In this document: one piece after another, positions 27,995 to 39,531 of the stretch | How positions within the stretch are numbered: the stretch's first letter is position 1 | How the letters are laid out: each line of letters opens with the position of its first letter | Assembly: GCA_951406725.2 (NCBI GenBank) | Contig: OX597833.1 | Span: 42,098,001-42,162,000 of the forward strand | Source of the DNA: Octopus vulgaris | Taxonomy: Eukaryota | DNA length: 64,000 bases | Reading direction: 5' to 3' | Program-made: the position numbers and the translations under genes | Notes under the pieces: generated by a model | Database searches by the model: none | Seen by the model: the letters and a program-made list of their open reading frames with translations, nothing else | Told to the model about the DNA's origin: nothing

Positions 27995-28260
27995 TTCAGT
28001 GTCAGGCTCATGCAGGACTCTTGCCAGGCTCATAATAGAGATTTACTAGGCTTGTGGTAGGGTTGGTAACTGGCTCAGAGGAATGGTGCCAGGCTTGTGA
28101 TAGGGGGAGTGCCAAGCTCATGACGGGAATAGTACCAGATTGATGACAGGAGTATGTTCATAATAGGAGATGTAGTAGTCTCATGACAAGGGTGGCTCTT
28201 GTGAGAGGGGTGTTGTCATATGTGACAGGAGTGTTTTTTTATGACAGGGGTGTTGTATTG
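27995..28260. repeat. degenerate ~20-23-bp minisatellite
   Basis: Recurring GCCAGGCTCATGACAGG-like units. Confidence 0.55.
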
Positions 28261-30100
28261 TAATGCTTAGATTCATGACATGGTAACCACTGAAATCTCA
28301 ACATATGTCTCATGTTATGACAAATAATAAGATCAGTCCTACAAGGTCTTTGTCAAAACTAGAGAAGAAAGTGGATTTTAGGGTCATAATTGCAGCAGAA
28401 GATTTCAATGAAAATGTAAAAAAAAATTTACAAGAATGGATGAATTATATCTAAAAGAAAAAAACGCATCTTCTAATATAAAGTCATTGTGCAATAACAT
28501 ACACTTCAGGGAAAGGAAATTCATTTACTAGTCATCTATTAAGTGGAGCTAAGAAGTAAATATATTTTATTCTATGGTTGGTATTAGGAAGGGCATCCAG
28601 CTGTAGAAACCAAGCCAAAACAAAGAATGGAACCTGGTGCAACACCTGTAAAACTGTCCAATCCATGCCAGTATGGAAAATGTTGATGACCATAATGATG
28701 ATGCAGATCCAAAAAGAAATGTTCAAGAATACAAGTCCATCTATGGTGAGAAATGTGCTCTCAAGATATATTAGTGGTTTGTGAGGTCAAAGTAAAAACC
28801 TTAACTAGAAGGAGAACAACACAAGACAAAATGGTATTTCTAGAAGACAACCTTCTGTAATCCACTAACCAGTATGATGGTAGATTAGTAGTAATTTAGG
28901 CTATAAAAGATAGGTGATACCATTAAAGAAGCAGAGGAAGTCTTTTACATAAAGTTTACTTAGCTAAGAATAAAAAGATATATAGTTGCCAGCTGACCAA
29001 TTTCTAATGCTATCACAAAAAGAGGGAAGGAAATGTAGAAAACAGGATGGTCAAGGCTAGAATACCCAGTTATAAGTCTATTGGATTGAGGCTGAACTGT
29101 GGCTAAACACTACTGACTTGAATGCTTGCAACAGAGGGCACTTCAATAAAGCCCTCTTTGTGAGAAAATCATTTACATACTGATACCAACTAAGAAAGCC
29201 TATACTAACTGTCCTCCCCTCCAAAAACCAGCAAAGAAAAATATTTTCAAGCACATGCATAATACATATTGCAGGTAATAGAATACAAGCATTAGACCAT
29301 TATTTATTTTCTAAGAATCTGATTTTATCATTTTAACTTTGTATCCTATAAAAGATAGGTGATATTCCTCTGTCTTACATCTAAATTTTCACAAGGCACT
29401 GCCTTGAAGTGTTTAATTAAACAAATCAAACCTGTACTTATTCTTTTAAGGTTGCTACTTACTCCATTGATCTCTTTTGCCAAACTGCTAAGTTATGGGG
29501 GACATACACATGCACAATGGGCTTCTTTCAGTTTCTATTTACCCAAATCTACTTACAAACTTGTTGAACCTATGTGTCTTGCTCAGAGGTGCAATTAAAA
29601 TACTTCCAGCAGATGTGAACTCATGATCCACGTGCTGGAAGTCTATTTTACCCACTCAACTATACTGCCAATGCTGCACAATTTCTATATAACAATAGCC
29701 AATATAAAATGTTGGTTGGTTGGTTGGTTGGTTGATTTCTGTAGTCATGCTTTACATCCCATAGAGAGAGAGAGGATGGGGAGAAAATGAGAGATATAGA
29801 GAAGTTTGGGACAAGAGCACATACTAAACTTGAAGGCAGATAACGAGTAAGGGAACATTTCACACATACACATAATGAGAGAGAGAGAGAGAGAGTCAGA
29901 GAAAGAAGAGGAATTATACAAAAGAGAAATTTGTTTTGTTTAATTTTAAGCTAATAAATATTTTTCTTTTGAAAATTAGCATCCATTTCATCATTTTGTA
30001 TAAGCACCAAGGAATTTGATAAAATTATATTCATTATGTGTATGCCATATTTCTTGATATTACCCATGGCGGCATAAGTACACTTCCTAGGTTGCCCAAC

Positions 30101-30151
<51 letters not shown>

Positions 30152-30236
30152 AGAGTTTACATAAAAGACAAAAGACGAAGACAGGTGGTGTACAAAACAA
30201 ACAGATGTATTAGTATAACGCTCAGGAATAGAAAAA

Positions 30237-30278
30237 GTCTTTTACGTTTCGAGCCTACGCTCTTCTACAGAAAAGGAC
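30237..30278 (-). ncRNA. minimal hammerhead motif (A6U variant)
   Basis: Minus strand CTTTT-CTGTAGA-A-GAGC GTAG GCTC-GAAA-CG-TA-AAAG. Confidence 0.55.
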
Positions 30279-30416
30279 ACAGAAAACAATGAGAGACAAA
30301 AAATGTGTGTAGCGGCTAACGATCTATCATGGCAACTCATATATATGTGACCTCGTGAGTACCGCTGGTGATTTTTTTCCCCTGTCTTCCCTTCTCGGGA
30401 TCTTTCCTTCTCCTAT

Positions 30417-30451
30417 GTTTCCGACGAAGAGCTCCGCTCGAAACGTTAAAC
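30417..30451 (+). ncRNA. minimal hammerhead motif (U4C variant)
   Basis: GTTT-CCGACGA-A-GAGC TCC GCTC-GAAA-CG-TT-AAAC; the palindromic AACGTT helix III suggests a dimer-type HHR. Confidence 0.6.
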
Positions 30452-32439
30452 CCTCCTTCTTCCCTGAGCGTCCAATAATACTTTATTTGTTCCACGTCCT
30501 CGCATTGTTTTCTTGTTTGGATTAACTATATATATATATATATATACACATATATATATATACACACACATATATATATACACACATATATATATATACA
30601 CATATATATATATATATATACACATATATATATATATACACATATATATATATATATATACACATATATATATATATACACACATTTATATATATATACA
30701 CATATATATATACACACATATATATATATACACACATATATATATATACACACATATATATATATACACATATATATATATATGTGTATATATATATATA
30801 TACACACATATATATATATATATATACACACACATATATATATATTCAAAAAGGAAAAATTCACAATCAAAATATTAGTTTGGGCCTCAGATAAATGGAC
30901 AGAGTAAATCGCTACAGCTTTTGGAGATTATCCTCCTTTGGATAAGGCATAGAGTGAAAAGAGAGGAAGAAAGATGAGTAGAAACTGGAAAACAAAAGAA
31001 AATATTAGATTCAGGTGAAAGAAAAACCATGTGGATCTGGTCTTCATACCGGCTGGTGACTGACCAGAATTTAGAAAGTGGGCTAAATGGAATGTTTTAA
31101 GACAGAAGAGCAAATGTAAGAGGCATATGTCTGTGCATGTGAGGGATGTGGCAAAGCAGTTTCTCTGTGTATAGTTGTTAGCATGTCTACGTGTGGATTT
31201 CTTTTTATTTCTCTCAGTCACAGGACTGCAGCCATGCTAGGCACTGCCTTGAAGTGTTTAATTGAACAAATCAAACCAGTACTTACTTTTTTAGGGTTGC
31301 CACTTATTTCTATTGACCTCTTTTGCCAAACTGCTAAGTTATGGGGGACATACACACACGCACAATGGGCTTCTTTCAGTTTCAAATCTACTTACAAAGC
31401 TTTGGTTGGGCTGGGACTATAGTAGAAGATACTTGCTCAAGGCAGCGAGCTGGCAGAAACGTTAGCATGCTGGGCGAAATGCCTACTGGTATTTCGTCTA
31501 CCGCTACGTTCTGAGTTCAGATTCTGCTGAGGTCGACTTTGCCTTTCATCCTTTCAGGGTCGATTAAATAAGTACCAGTTACACACTGGGGTCAATGTAA
31601 TCGACTTAATCTGTTTGTCTGTCCCCTGTGTTTAGCCCCTTGTGGGTAGTAAAGAAATAGGTATTGTGAAATAGGACTGAACCAAAGACCACATGGTTAG
31701 AAAGCAAGCATCTTACTCACACAGCCATGCCTGCACCTATTTGTGTATGTCTGATATATGAACTGCTGCTTCAGTATGGCCTTAGATAAAAACAAATGAA
31801 CTATTGTGCATGTGCGTGTATATATATAAAATCATCATTGAAGTCCTTTTTCCATGCTGGCATGGGTTGGATGGTTCAACAGGAACTGATGATCCAAGAG
31901 GACTGTGCCAAGCTCCAATGTCTACTCTGGCAAGGTTTCTATAGCTGGATGCCCTTCCTAATGCTAACCTCTTTACACAATGTACTGGGTGATTCTTTAT
32001 CATGACACCAAGTATTTGCAAGACAAGATCCCTCAACTGAGTGGAGTATAGTATTGAAAGATGTGAAATTATGATAAAGGTACAGGAACAGGTGTTTTGC
32101 TAAAGAGGCTAATACATGGCTCCCCTAGGGGAAGAGAGAGGGATGTTGAGGGCATAACCTCAAGGTAAATATGAGAGAGAATAGGGCTAGAACAGAAACA
32201 GTGTGTGGATAGGTAAGAGTGCTCGAGTGTGACATGATTACAGATGGGGACAGTGGTGAATAGTGATTATCAGTTTGGGAGAAGGAAAGTGAAGGAAATA
32301 GGAGTACCTCTGGGAAGAGGAAAGGTTATAAAGAACACTGATAAAGATACAGTCCAAAATGCAAGGATAGATAGATGCAAGGATTTACAGAACATGAGTG
32401 CATAGTAGTGCAGAAGATTAATGGAGCAATGGGTGTTAA

Positions 32440-34270
32440 AAAGAAGAGTTGTGGGTTAAGTCTTATAGGACCTCCCTTTTTGCTGAGATGGACAAATTTT
32501 TTCAAGCACAACATATCACCATTCATCTTCGTATTTTTGTCATCTCTTCCATGAGGCTCAGTATTTTCAAATCAATTCTTTATTACTTCATTCTATGTCT
32601 TCCTGAGTCTTTGCCTTCCACAAGTTCCACCCACATTTAGCAATCAACACTTCTTTATACAGCTGTCCTGATCCATCTGCATCATAAAACCATACCAACA
32701 TAGTCTTCTCTCTTGCAGACCACATCTGATGCTTCCTAAGCCCAATTTTTCTCTCAACATATTTGTACTTTGTCATACAAGCACACTGACATTGCACATC
32801 CAGCTTCATTTCTTTCTAGTCTTCACATTTCCTCTGTATTCATGGCCCAAATTTCACAACCATGTAGCACTGCTGTTCATATACTAACATGTGTCATAGA
32901 ATCTGCCTTTCAGTCTGAGATAGGCTTTTGGTTACCATCTCCAGCCAATTGTTATTCTAGCAACTAAACTTTCAGCACATTTCCCTCCAATGCTAATTAA
33001 GTCTCCTAGGTAACAAATTACCCACCACTTCTAACAATCCTCCTGGGCATTCCAGAAAACTTATTTCCTTTGCGTTTTAAACATTTATTGCACCTACACA
33101 TCTGCCACAATGTTTAATTTCTCTGTTAACCTTCATGTGATTCTACTGCGCCTCTTATAAGTCCATAGTTTGTACCATGTACACCATATGGGATCTCTAC
33201 CAACACCTCTTCTACATATCAAATAGGGCCATTTACCGGAAAGGATTAATATTCTGTCTGTTTTTCTGCCAACAAGAACTTTAGTCTTTGTTAGTTGATA
33301 TTAGTTAATATTAAGGCCCTCTAATTCCAGGTTTTGCTTCCACACATGGAATTTCATTTAATTCTATAACAGTTTCTGCTATAAGAACCATATCATAAGC
33401 ACAGAGAAGTTTCCTTGGGTAATCAGTCTTAAATATCTCTGTCGTGGCCTAGAGGACTATGATAAAAAGGGACTAAATTCATCTCTCTGTATTCATTGCT
33501 CTCACCTTATTTACATGGCTTGAAGTGCCCTCACCAGCCATTCATCTACTCCTAGCTTCCAAAGTGACCAAGATATGAGGGAATGACAGACTTTGTTGAA
33601 ATTTTTTTCCAGGTTAATCAATGCCAAGTATAGTGGTTTACTTTTGGTTAAATAGTTCTCTTGCATTTACCATACTGTAAAGACAATATCAATAGCATTT
33701 CTCCCTGGTTCAAAACCAAACAGCATCTCATCTAGGCAAACTTTCTTCCTAATTTATTGAACTCAGTGACTCTCACGACCAAGTCCAGCAATTTGATACC
33801 TGCTATTACTCCTCTCTAAGGCATCTCTTTTAATCTTGTAACAGTTGACTATAATACAGCTACATAACTATACTACTAAATTAACTATAAAGGTGACAAG
33901 ACCATATCCCAGTCCACCAGGTATTCTAAATATCTCAGCAGTAATTCCTGATTGACCAGAGACTTTCCCTGACTTCATATCTTTAACAGCAATGTCTATC
34001 ACATTATTGGAATGAGAAGAGCTGAACCCTTTGTTGGGTTCACATTAGGAAGACTCTCTCTCTATCTCTCCCATTCATTCTTTATATCAAGTAGCCTGTC
34101 ACAATTGCACTTCCATGCCTCTTTCTTTTCAGGATCACTAAGTGCATGTGCAGCATTATCCTTCCATACACACTTCTCTCCTACAACATTTTGACTTTCC
34201 TAATATATTATCTTGCAATCCAGAACATCTCATGCCATTAGTCCTCACACAGTAGAAGATTACCAAACCT
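32440..34270 (-). mobile_element. decayed RTE-type LINE (RT region and 3' end)
   Basis: Minus-strand fragments LEKNFNKVCHSLISWSLWKLGVDEW and LLCAYDMVL (degenerate YADD); a second 3'-end copy lies at ~34480-34670. Confidence 0.75.
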
Positions 34271-34402
34271 ATAACATTTGATCTCAGGGTCAGTCACAAC
34301 ACCTTGGGCAAGTAACTTCCACTATAAGCTTCAAGCCAACCAGTCTTGTGAATGAATTTGAGAGACAGAAACTGAAAGAAGAATGTTCTGTGTGCATGTG
34401 TG

Positions 34403-34445
<43 letters not shown>

Positions 34446-34889
34446 CACACACACACACACACACACACACATATGAGGAACATGAGTTGTGGGTCAAAGC
34501 TTGACAGGAACTCATTTTTGCTGAAATGGACAAGTATTTTCAAGCACAACACATCACCATTCAACTTAGAGCTTTTGTCATCCCCTCCATGAGGCTCAAT
34601 ATTTTCAGATCAGTCTTCACTACTTTATCCCATGTCTTCCTGGATCTCCATCTTCCACAAGTTCCATTTACATTCATTCATTCATACACACACACATATA
34701 TAAGCATCACTAGATGCAAATGATATTCGTTTCCAGTTTTCTATGAGAAAAACCTGACAGGCCAAGGGGAAATATAACTTTGCTTGAAAACAGGCAAGAT
34801 TTGATGGAAGGAAGGGTATCTGTCTGTAGACAATCTGTTTCAACAAATTTTGTCTGTTCCATGCAAGCATAGAAGAATGGACATTGTAC

Positions 34890-35343
34890 GCAGTGTAGGG
34901 AGCTTTCCCTGACTGCTATCCCACAGCAAATGAGTGTATAAACAAAACACATACACTATGTATGAGCAACTTGATAGTGTTTACATTACTAGAGCTGCTT
35001 TAAATTTTTTTTCACATGTGCTATGCTGCAGGGCATCAGCAAATAGATTTCACTCTATTTGCATAAACATTCCAGATCAGAGATTCATTTTGTTTCGAGG
35101 TTGATCCAAGTACATGGTATTGATAAGCCACAATAATGGCGAAATACCAGTGTCTACGATTCTCAGTCATCTGAGGCAAGTTGTCTCACTCAGTGTGGAG
35201 GCATTTGGTGTTCATTAATACTCGGTGTTGTGTAGGGATCTTTCCCTGGACGATATCCCACGGCAAATGAGCATATAAACATATTACATACACTGTGGTG
35301 TGTGACTAATAATGTTTACATCACTAGAGCTACGTTTAATTTG
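34890..35343 (+). mobile_element. retrozyme-like structured tandem repeat (~337-bp unit, ~1.3 copies)
   Basis: A ~110-bp segment recurs at 34895 and 35232; the unit contains the HHR and at least five hairpins, with compensatory changes between copies. Confidence 0.7.
35114..35160 (+). ncRNA. type I hammerhead ribozyme (Schistosoma Sm-alpha-like, U3:A8 core)
   Basis: ATGGTA-TTGATAA-GCCA CAATAA TGGC-GAAA-TAC CA GTG-TC-TACGAT; GUC triplet, preceded by AGTAC and followed by TCTC. Confidence 0.75.
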
Positions 35344-35485
35344 CAATTTAATATATATACATACATTGACTGCCATGACACTGCATCCTTTAAGGCCCTC
35401 ATGCTTTCCGAAATCCGCCGAAACTACACCTGATTATACATACACTTTAGATGAGTTGTAGTGCACCTGAGCACTGTACACAATG

Positions 35486-35516
<31 letters not shown>

Positions 35517-36929
35517 AAGCGCATTGGTTATAATAGACAAACGGAAGAAGAAAATTCTTCTCAAGCTTAGATGTTTGGAACTTATCTAAGAATAATAATT
35601 CGAGTCTTTTGGTAACTTTTTGATTGTGTGTTTATGTGTGTATGCATGTATGAAGTGGCGGTAGTGGGAAAAACATTAGAGGGAAGACATGTTTGTGATT
35701 TCATACAACAACAAACATTATGCAGACACGGATAAAGGGATATGAAAAAAAAAAAAGTAAATTGTAGGCGCATGCACGATTATGCAATGTCGGGCGTTAA
35801 AACAGTGTTGATGAAGATGATGAGGGGGAGGATGATCTTATCTAATGCTTTTAAAAGTTCATCCTTATAACGAAGCAGCTGGGTTGGAAATACTTTCACC
35901 ATTGGATGTGTATTGAAAATTTTTTTTCAAAAATCAACCAAAAGAGAAAAAAAACAATCCGGATTAAAATATCTTATAGAAAGATATATATGCAGATACT
36001 AACTCTAATTCAGTACTACTCTACCTTTTTTTTCTTTTCTCTTTTTTTAAAATTTTTATATATACACACACAAAGATCACCCACCCATGACAGTCTGGGT
36101 GCTGTGTAGCAGAGCTGAACCAACAAAATCAACTGGGTCGTCCATATTAAAAAAAGAAAAAAAGGGGGGTAACATGGTTATAAAGTCTCGTTGAACGAAA
36201 CCTGATCGGGCAGAGGCTCGCAACACCAACTCCCTGGCCAGGCTAGTAAGGTGATGATGATTGCGGGGACACTAGCGTTTTTAAACATAAGAAAAAAACC
36301 CTAATATTACATATTTCTTTATTATCCACAAGGGGCTAAACACAGAGGGGACAAACAAGGACAGACATAGGTATTAAGTCGATTACATCGACCCCAGTGC
36401 GTAACTGGTACTTAATTTATCGACCCCGAAAGGATGAAAGGCAAAGTCGACCTCGGCGGAACCGACAATAAAAAAACTATTAGAATGGCTGATTAAACGT
36501 GGAGTGGGAGATGTAGAAAAAAATAAACATACAATGGTTAATAAAGGGGAGATAAGAAAATAAATATTACTGAAGGGGAAGAGAAACAATTGCTTTCCGT
36601 GTAGGAATGGGAAAAGAAGACTCCTTGATTAAATAAAAAAAGTAAAAAAATAAAAACAGTGAAAGTAGGAATATTCTTGTATCTATGTGTGTTCACAAAA
36701 CACACTTATATCTTTGGGAATGTATATTATACAAGCATGATTTATTTCCACTCTTTTTTTACTTTAGAAAATCAGTACTTACTGACTTCTATAGGAAGTT
36801 AAGGCATTCATGCCTCTTCTCATATCTATTAAGTCGACATTTTAAATGAAGTGGAAATTTTAAAACCTTGGGCTTGGAATCGAAACCGAATAGCCAACTC
36901 AGTTCACTAAGAACAAGATCACCATGGCG

Positions 36930-36969
<40 letters not shown>

Positions 36970-37754
36970 TTATGCATGTATGTATATGTGTGTATGTGCA
37001 TACATACACACAAGTTATAAGACAAAGAACGATAAACAATGAACATTTTTTACTCATTGTATTTTTAAATATTTTTTAGTTGAAAGTGGGAGAAAAATAG
37101 ATTGATCAGTTACACGTTTTTGGCTGTAGTAAGCAGTCCTATACACATAACATATATGCAAAATAATAATCGCGTTAGTAAGGGGGGAGGAGAGATATGA
37201 GGAGGGACATCATACACTCCTAAGCTACTGTTCATTGTTATTACACCAACGTATAGATGTATACACATATATATACACACACACACACACGAGAGAAAAG
37301 TGGGGAATAAATAGTGAACATGGCCGATATTCTAGTAGTTACTTCCATCCCGGGTCTGAGTTCGAATCTGTTAAGTGGGGTTGCGGGTACCTTTCATAAA
37401 AATAACTACCATACAAATTCGACCCGACTATAATAAATTCACCCTCTTCCCTTCAGAAAATTAGCAGTTTATCTATCCCATACACTTGCATACGAATAAT
37501 AAGCCCATACATTTATCATGGTTTCTAAAGCAAATGTTTACACAGACACACACTTCCGATGAGTCGAGATTTTTACATTAAAAATTATGAAATTCTTTCA
37601 CCAATACACATACAAAAATGGTCCATCCAATCGCTTTATATTAACTTCTTCATGTTTGTTTCCTCGCCAGGAAGCAGTGTGGTTTTCATACACAAAGACA
37701 TCATTAGCAAAAGGGTCGGTGTAGAAGATGGGTCTCATATAATATTATATATAT

Positions 37755-37787
<33 letters not shown>

Positions 37788-38835
37788 GTAAGCACCAACA
37801 TTAAGTTGACTAGTCACACCCTGTGATTTTCGAAATAAATATAATTGGATTGAAATAAACAAAAAACAAGTTTACTGTGCAATAAAGTACACATTCAAAG
37901 GTTTTTGAAAATTGTGACTGATGTCGACTCAAAAGTGTATAAATACATCCAAATCAATATATATTATATATATACACATATATATATATATTAGAAGTAT
38001 TGGGGGTGATGTACAGATTTAATACATATGAAAGAAAACTACTGTAGTTTCATCAGAAACTACAGGAGTAGCTGAAAGCGCTAATATGAAGAAATAATAT
38101 GTGATATGTAAATAAATATATTTTTTTACAACCATCCAGCATTCTGAACACCTTTTTCCTTTCATATATATATATATAGCCTATACATATATTATATAAA
38201 GTATTTGTTTACATGTATACGTGTGCGTTCATTAGCGATAGTGTGTTAATATACTATTTTAAATGACTTAAAATATCGTATGTATCAAATCTAAAAACAA
38301 TCGTATGGTGTGTATATATATATATATATTATATATCTAATACAATAATTATGGTTTCGAAAGACCTCTATATCGAATGAACAGAGAAACTGAGCATAAG
38401 TGTCCCCATATATATAGAGAGAGAGGGAGAGAGAATCATAATCTAACGAGGGAGCTTTTATGTGGTCGCTCGACCCACTAGAAGTATTAGCCAAATCTCC
38501 CTCAAATCCCATCCTTACTGTCTTTAGGACACATTGGCATATGTAATCTTAGATATATTATCTAAATAAAATACGAAATGGTCATACTTGGAACGCCTTT
38601 GGTCATTGCTGACCTGGAGGCAAAATAATAACAATAACACACACAGCAATTCTTTATACATACATGGATGCTTACACAAATAAATTACATATACATACAC
38701 ACATGCATGTCTGTGTATGTATGTATATGTATGCATGTTCAGTTCTATTTTACCGTTTCTTTATTTTTGCTGGAGTTAATAATATGATCAACATGACTCC
38801 TGTAACTATTATCATTATTTCTGTAATAAACTTAC

Positions 38836-39319
38836 CAGTTTTTCGTCGACGAAGGGTGACGTAAGGGAGGAGGTCCTGTCGGCCTGTGATTGCAAGAGCA
38901 TGCAGGATCTTGCCGAAGTTCGTACCGTCAACCATACCTGCCCTTTCTAAAGCCATGAAGTAGTCGTAGCCATCGTTCACCTTTTTCATCAAAGATCTCT
39001 GATCGATTTCGTTCGTCACTTTTGGTCTGGAAGAAGAGCTTTGTGGAGGAGATGAAATGTTTTTAGCTTCCGTCGCATGAGAACGAACCGTTCTACTACC
39101 GCTGGCCGTGTTGTTGTTACAAACACTAGCATCCGAGGGGCTTTTTGAGTCTTTTCCTAAGTTTGAAGAGACATCGGAGAGTCCGTTTTTGGTGAGGCAC
39201 ACTACTTCTTTCGGGGTCAGCCTATCTCCGACAAGATGGAACATTTCATTAAGAGAGAGCATCTGTTGACAGTTCTCCACCTTAGATTGTCGAAGAGCTT
39301 TTTCACCATCAACCGCCAT
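38836..39319 (-). CDS. DEDD: DEDD coding exon 1 (death effector domain)
   Basis: aaaATGG start at 39319. Translation MAVDGEK...SLNEMFHLVGDRLT...YFMALERAG...GRQDLLPYVTLRRRKT matches my recollection of the vertebrate DEDD DED (SLHRMFDIVG...FLLALERQG...RHDLLPYVTLKRRR). Donor G|gtaag at 38836/38835, phase 1. Confidence 0.92.
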
Positions 39320-39523
39320 TTTGAGCCTGTCACACAAATTTCTGCACCTTTGAATGTTTTCCTGTATGTTGATAATCTTTCTTTATCCTTCGTGACCCCC
39401 TATCATTGGAAGGACTCCATAGCTGTGATATTAATCATTTGTAGCTTAATTTAATGCACATACGTAACTGAATTGAAGTCTTAGATCTAAATCTTAAACA
39501 CTATTTTACTCTTACTAACTGAT

Positions 39524-39531
39524 CCCGCCCC
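39524..39531 (-). promoter_or_regulatory. GC box upstream of the DEDD start codon
   Basis: GGGGCGGG ~200 bp 5' of the ATG, in a region that visibly retains CpG dinucleotides. Confidence 0.3.

Noticed and set aside
34895-34990. H/ACA snoRNA reading of the duplicated two-hairpin segment ending ACA-NNN
   Set aside because: Antisense to the host gene, the H box is poorly placed, and the HHR-containing tandem unit explains it better.
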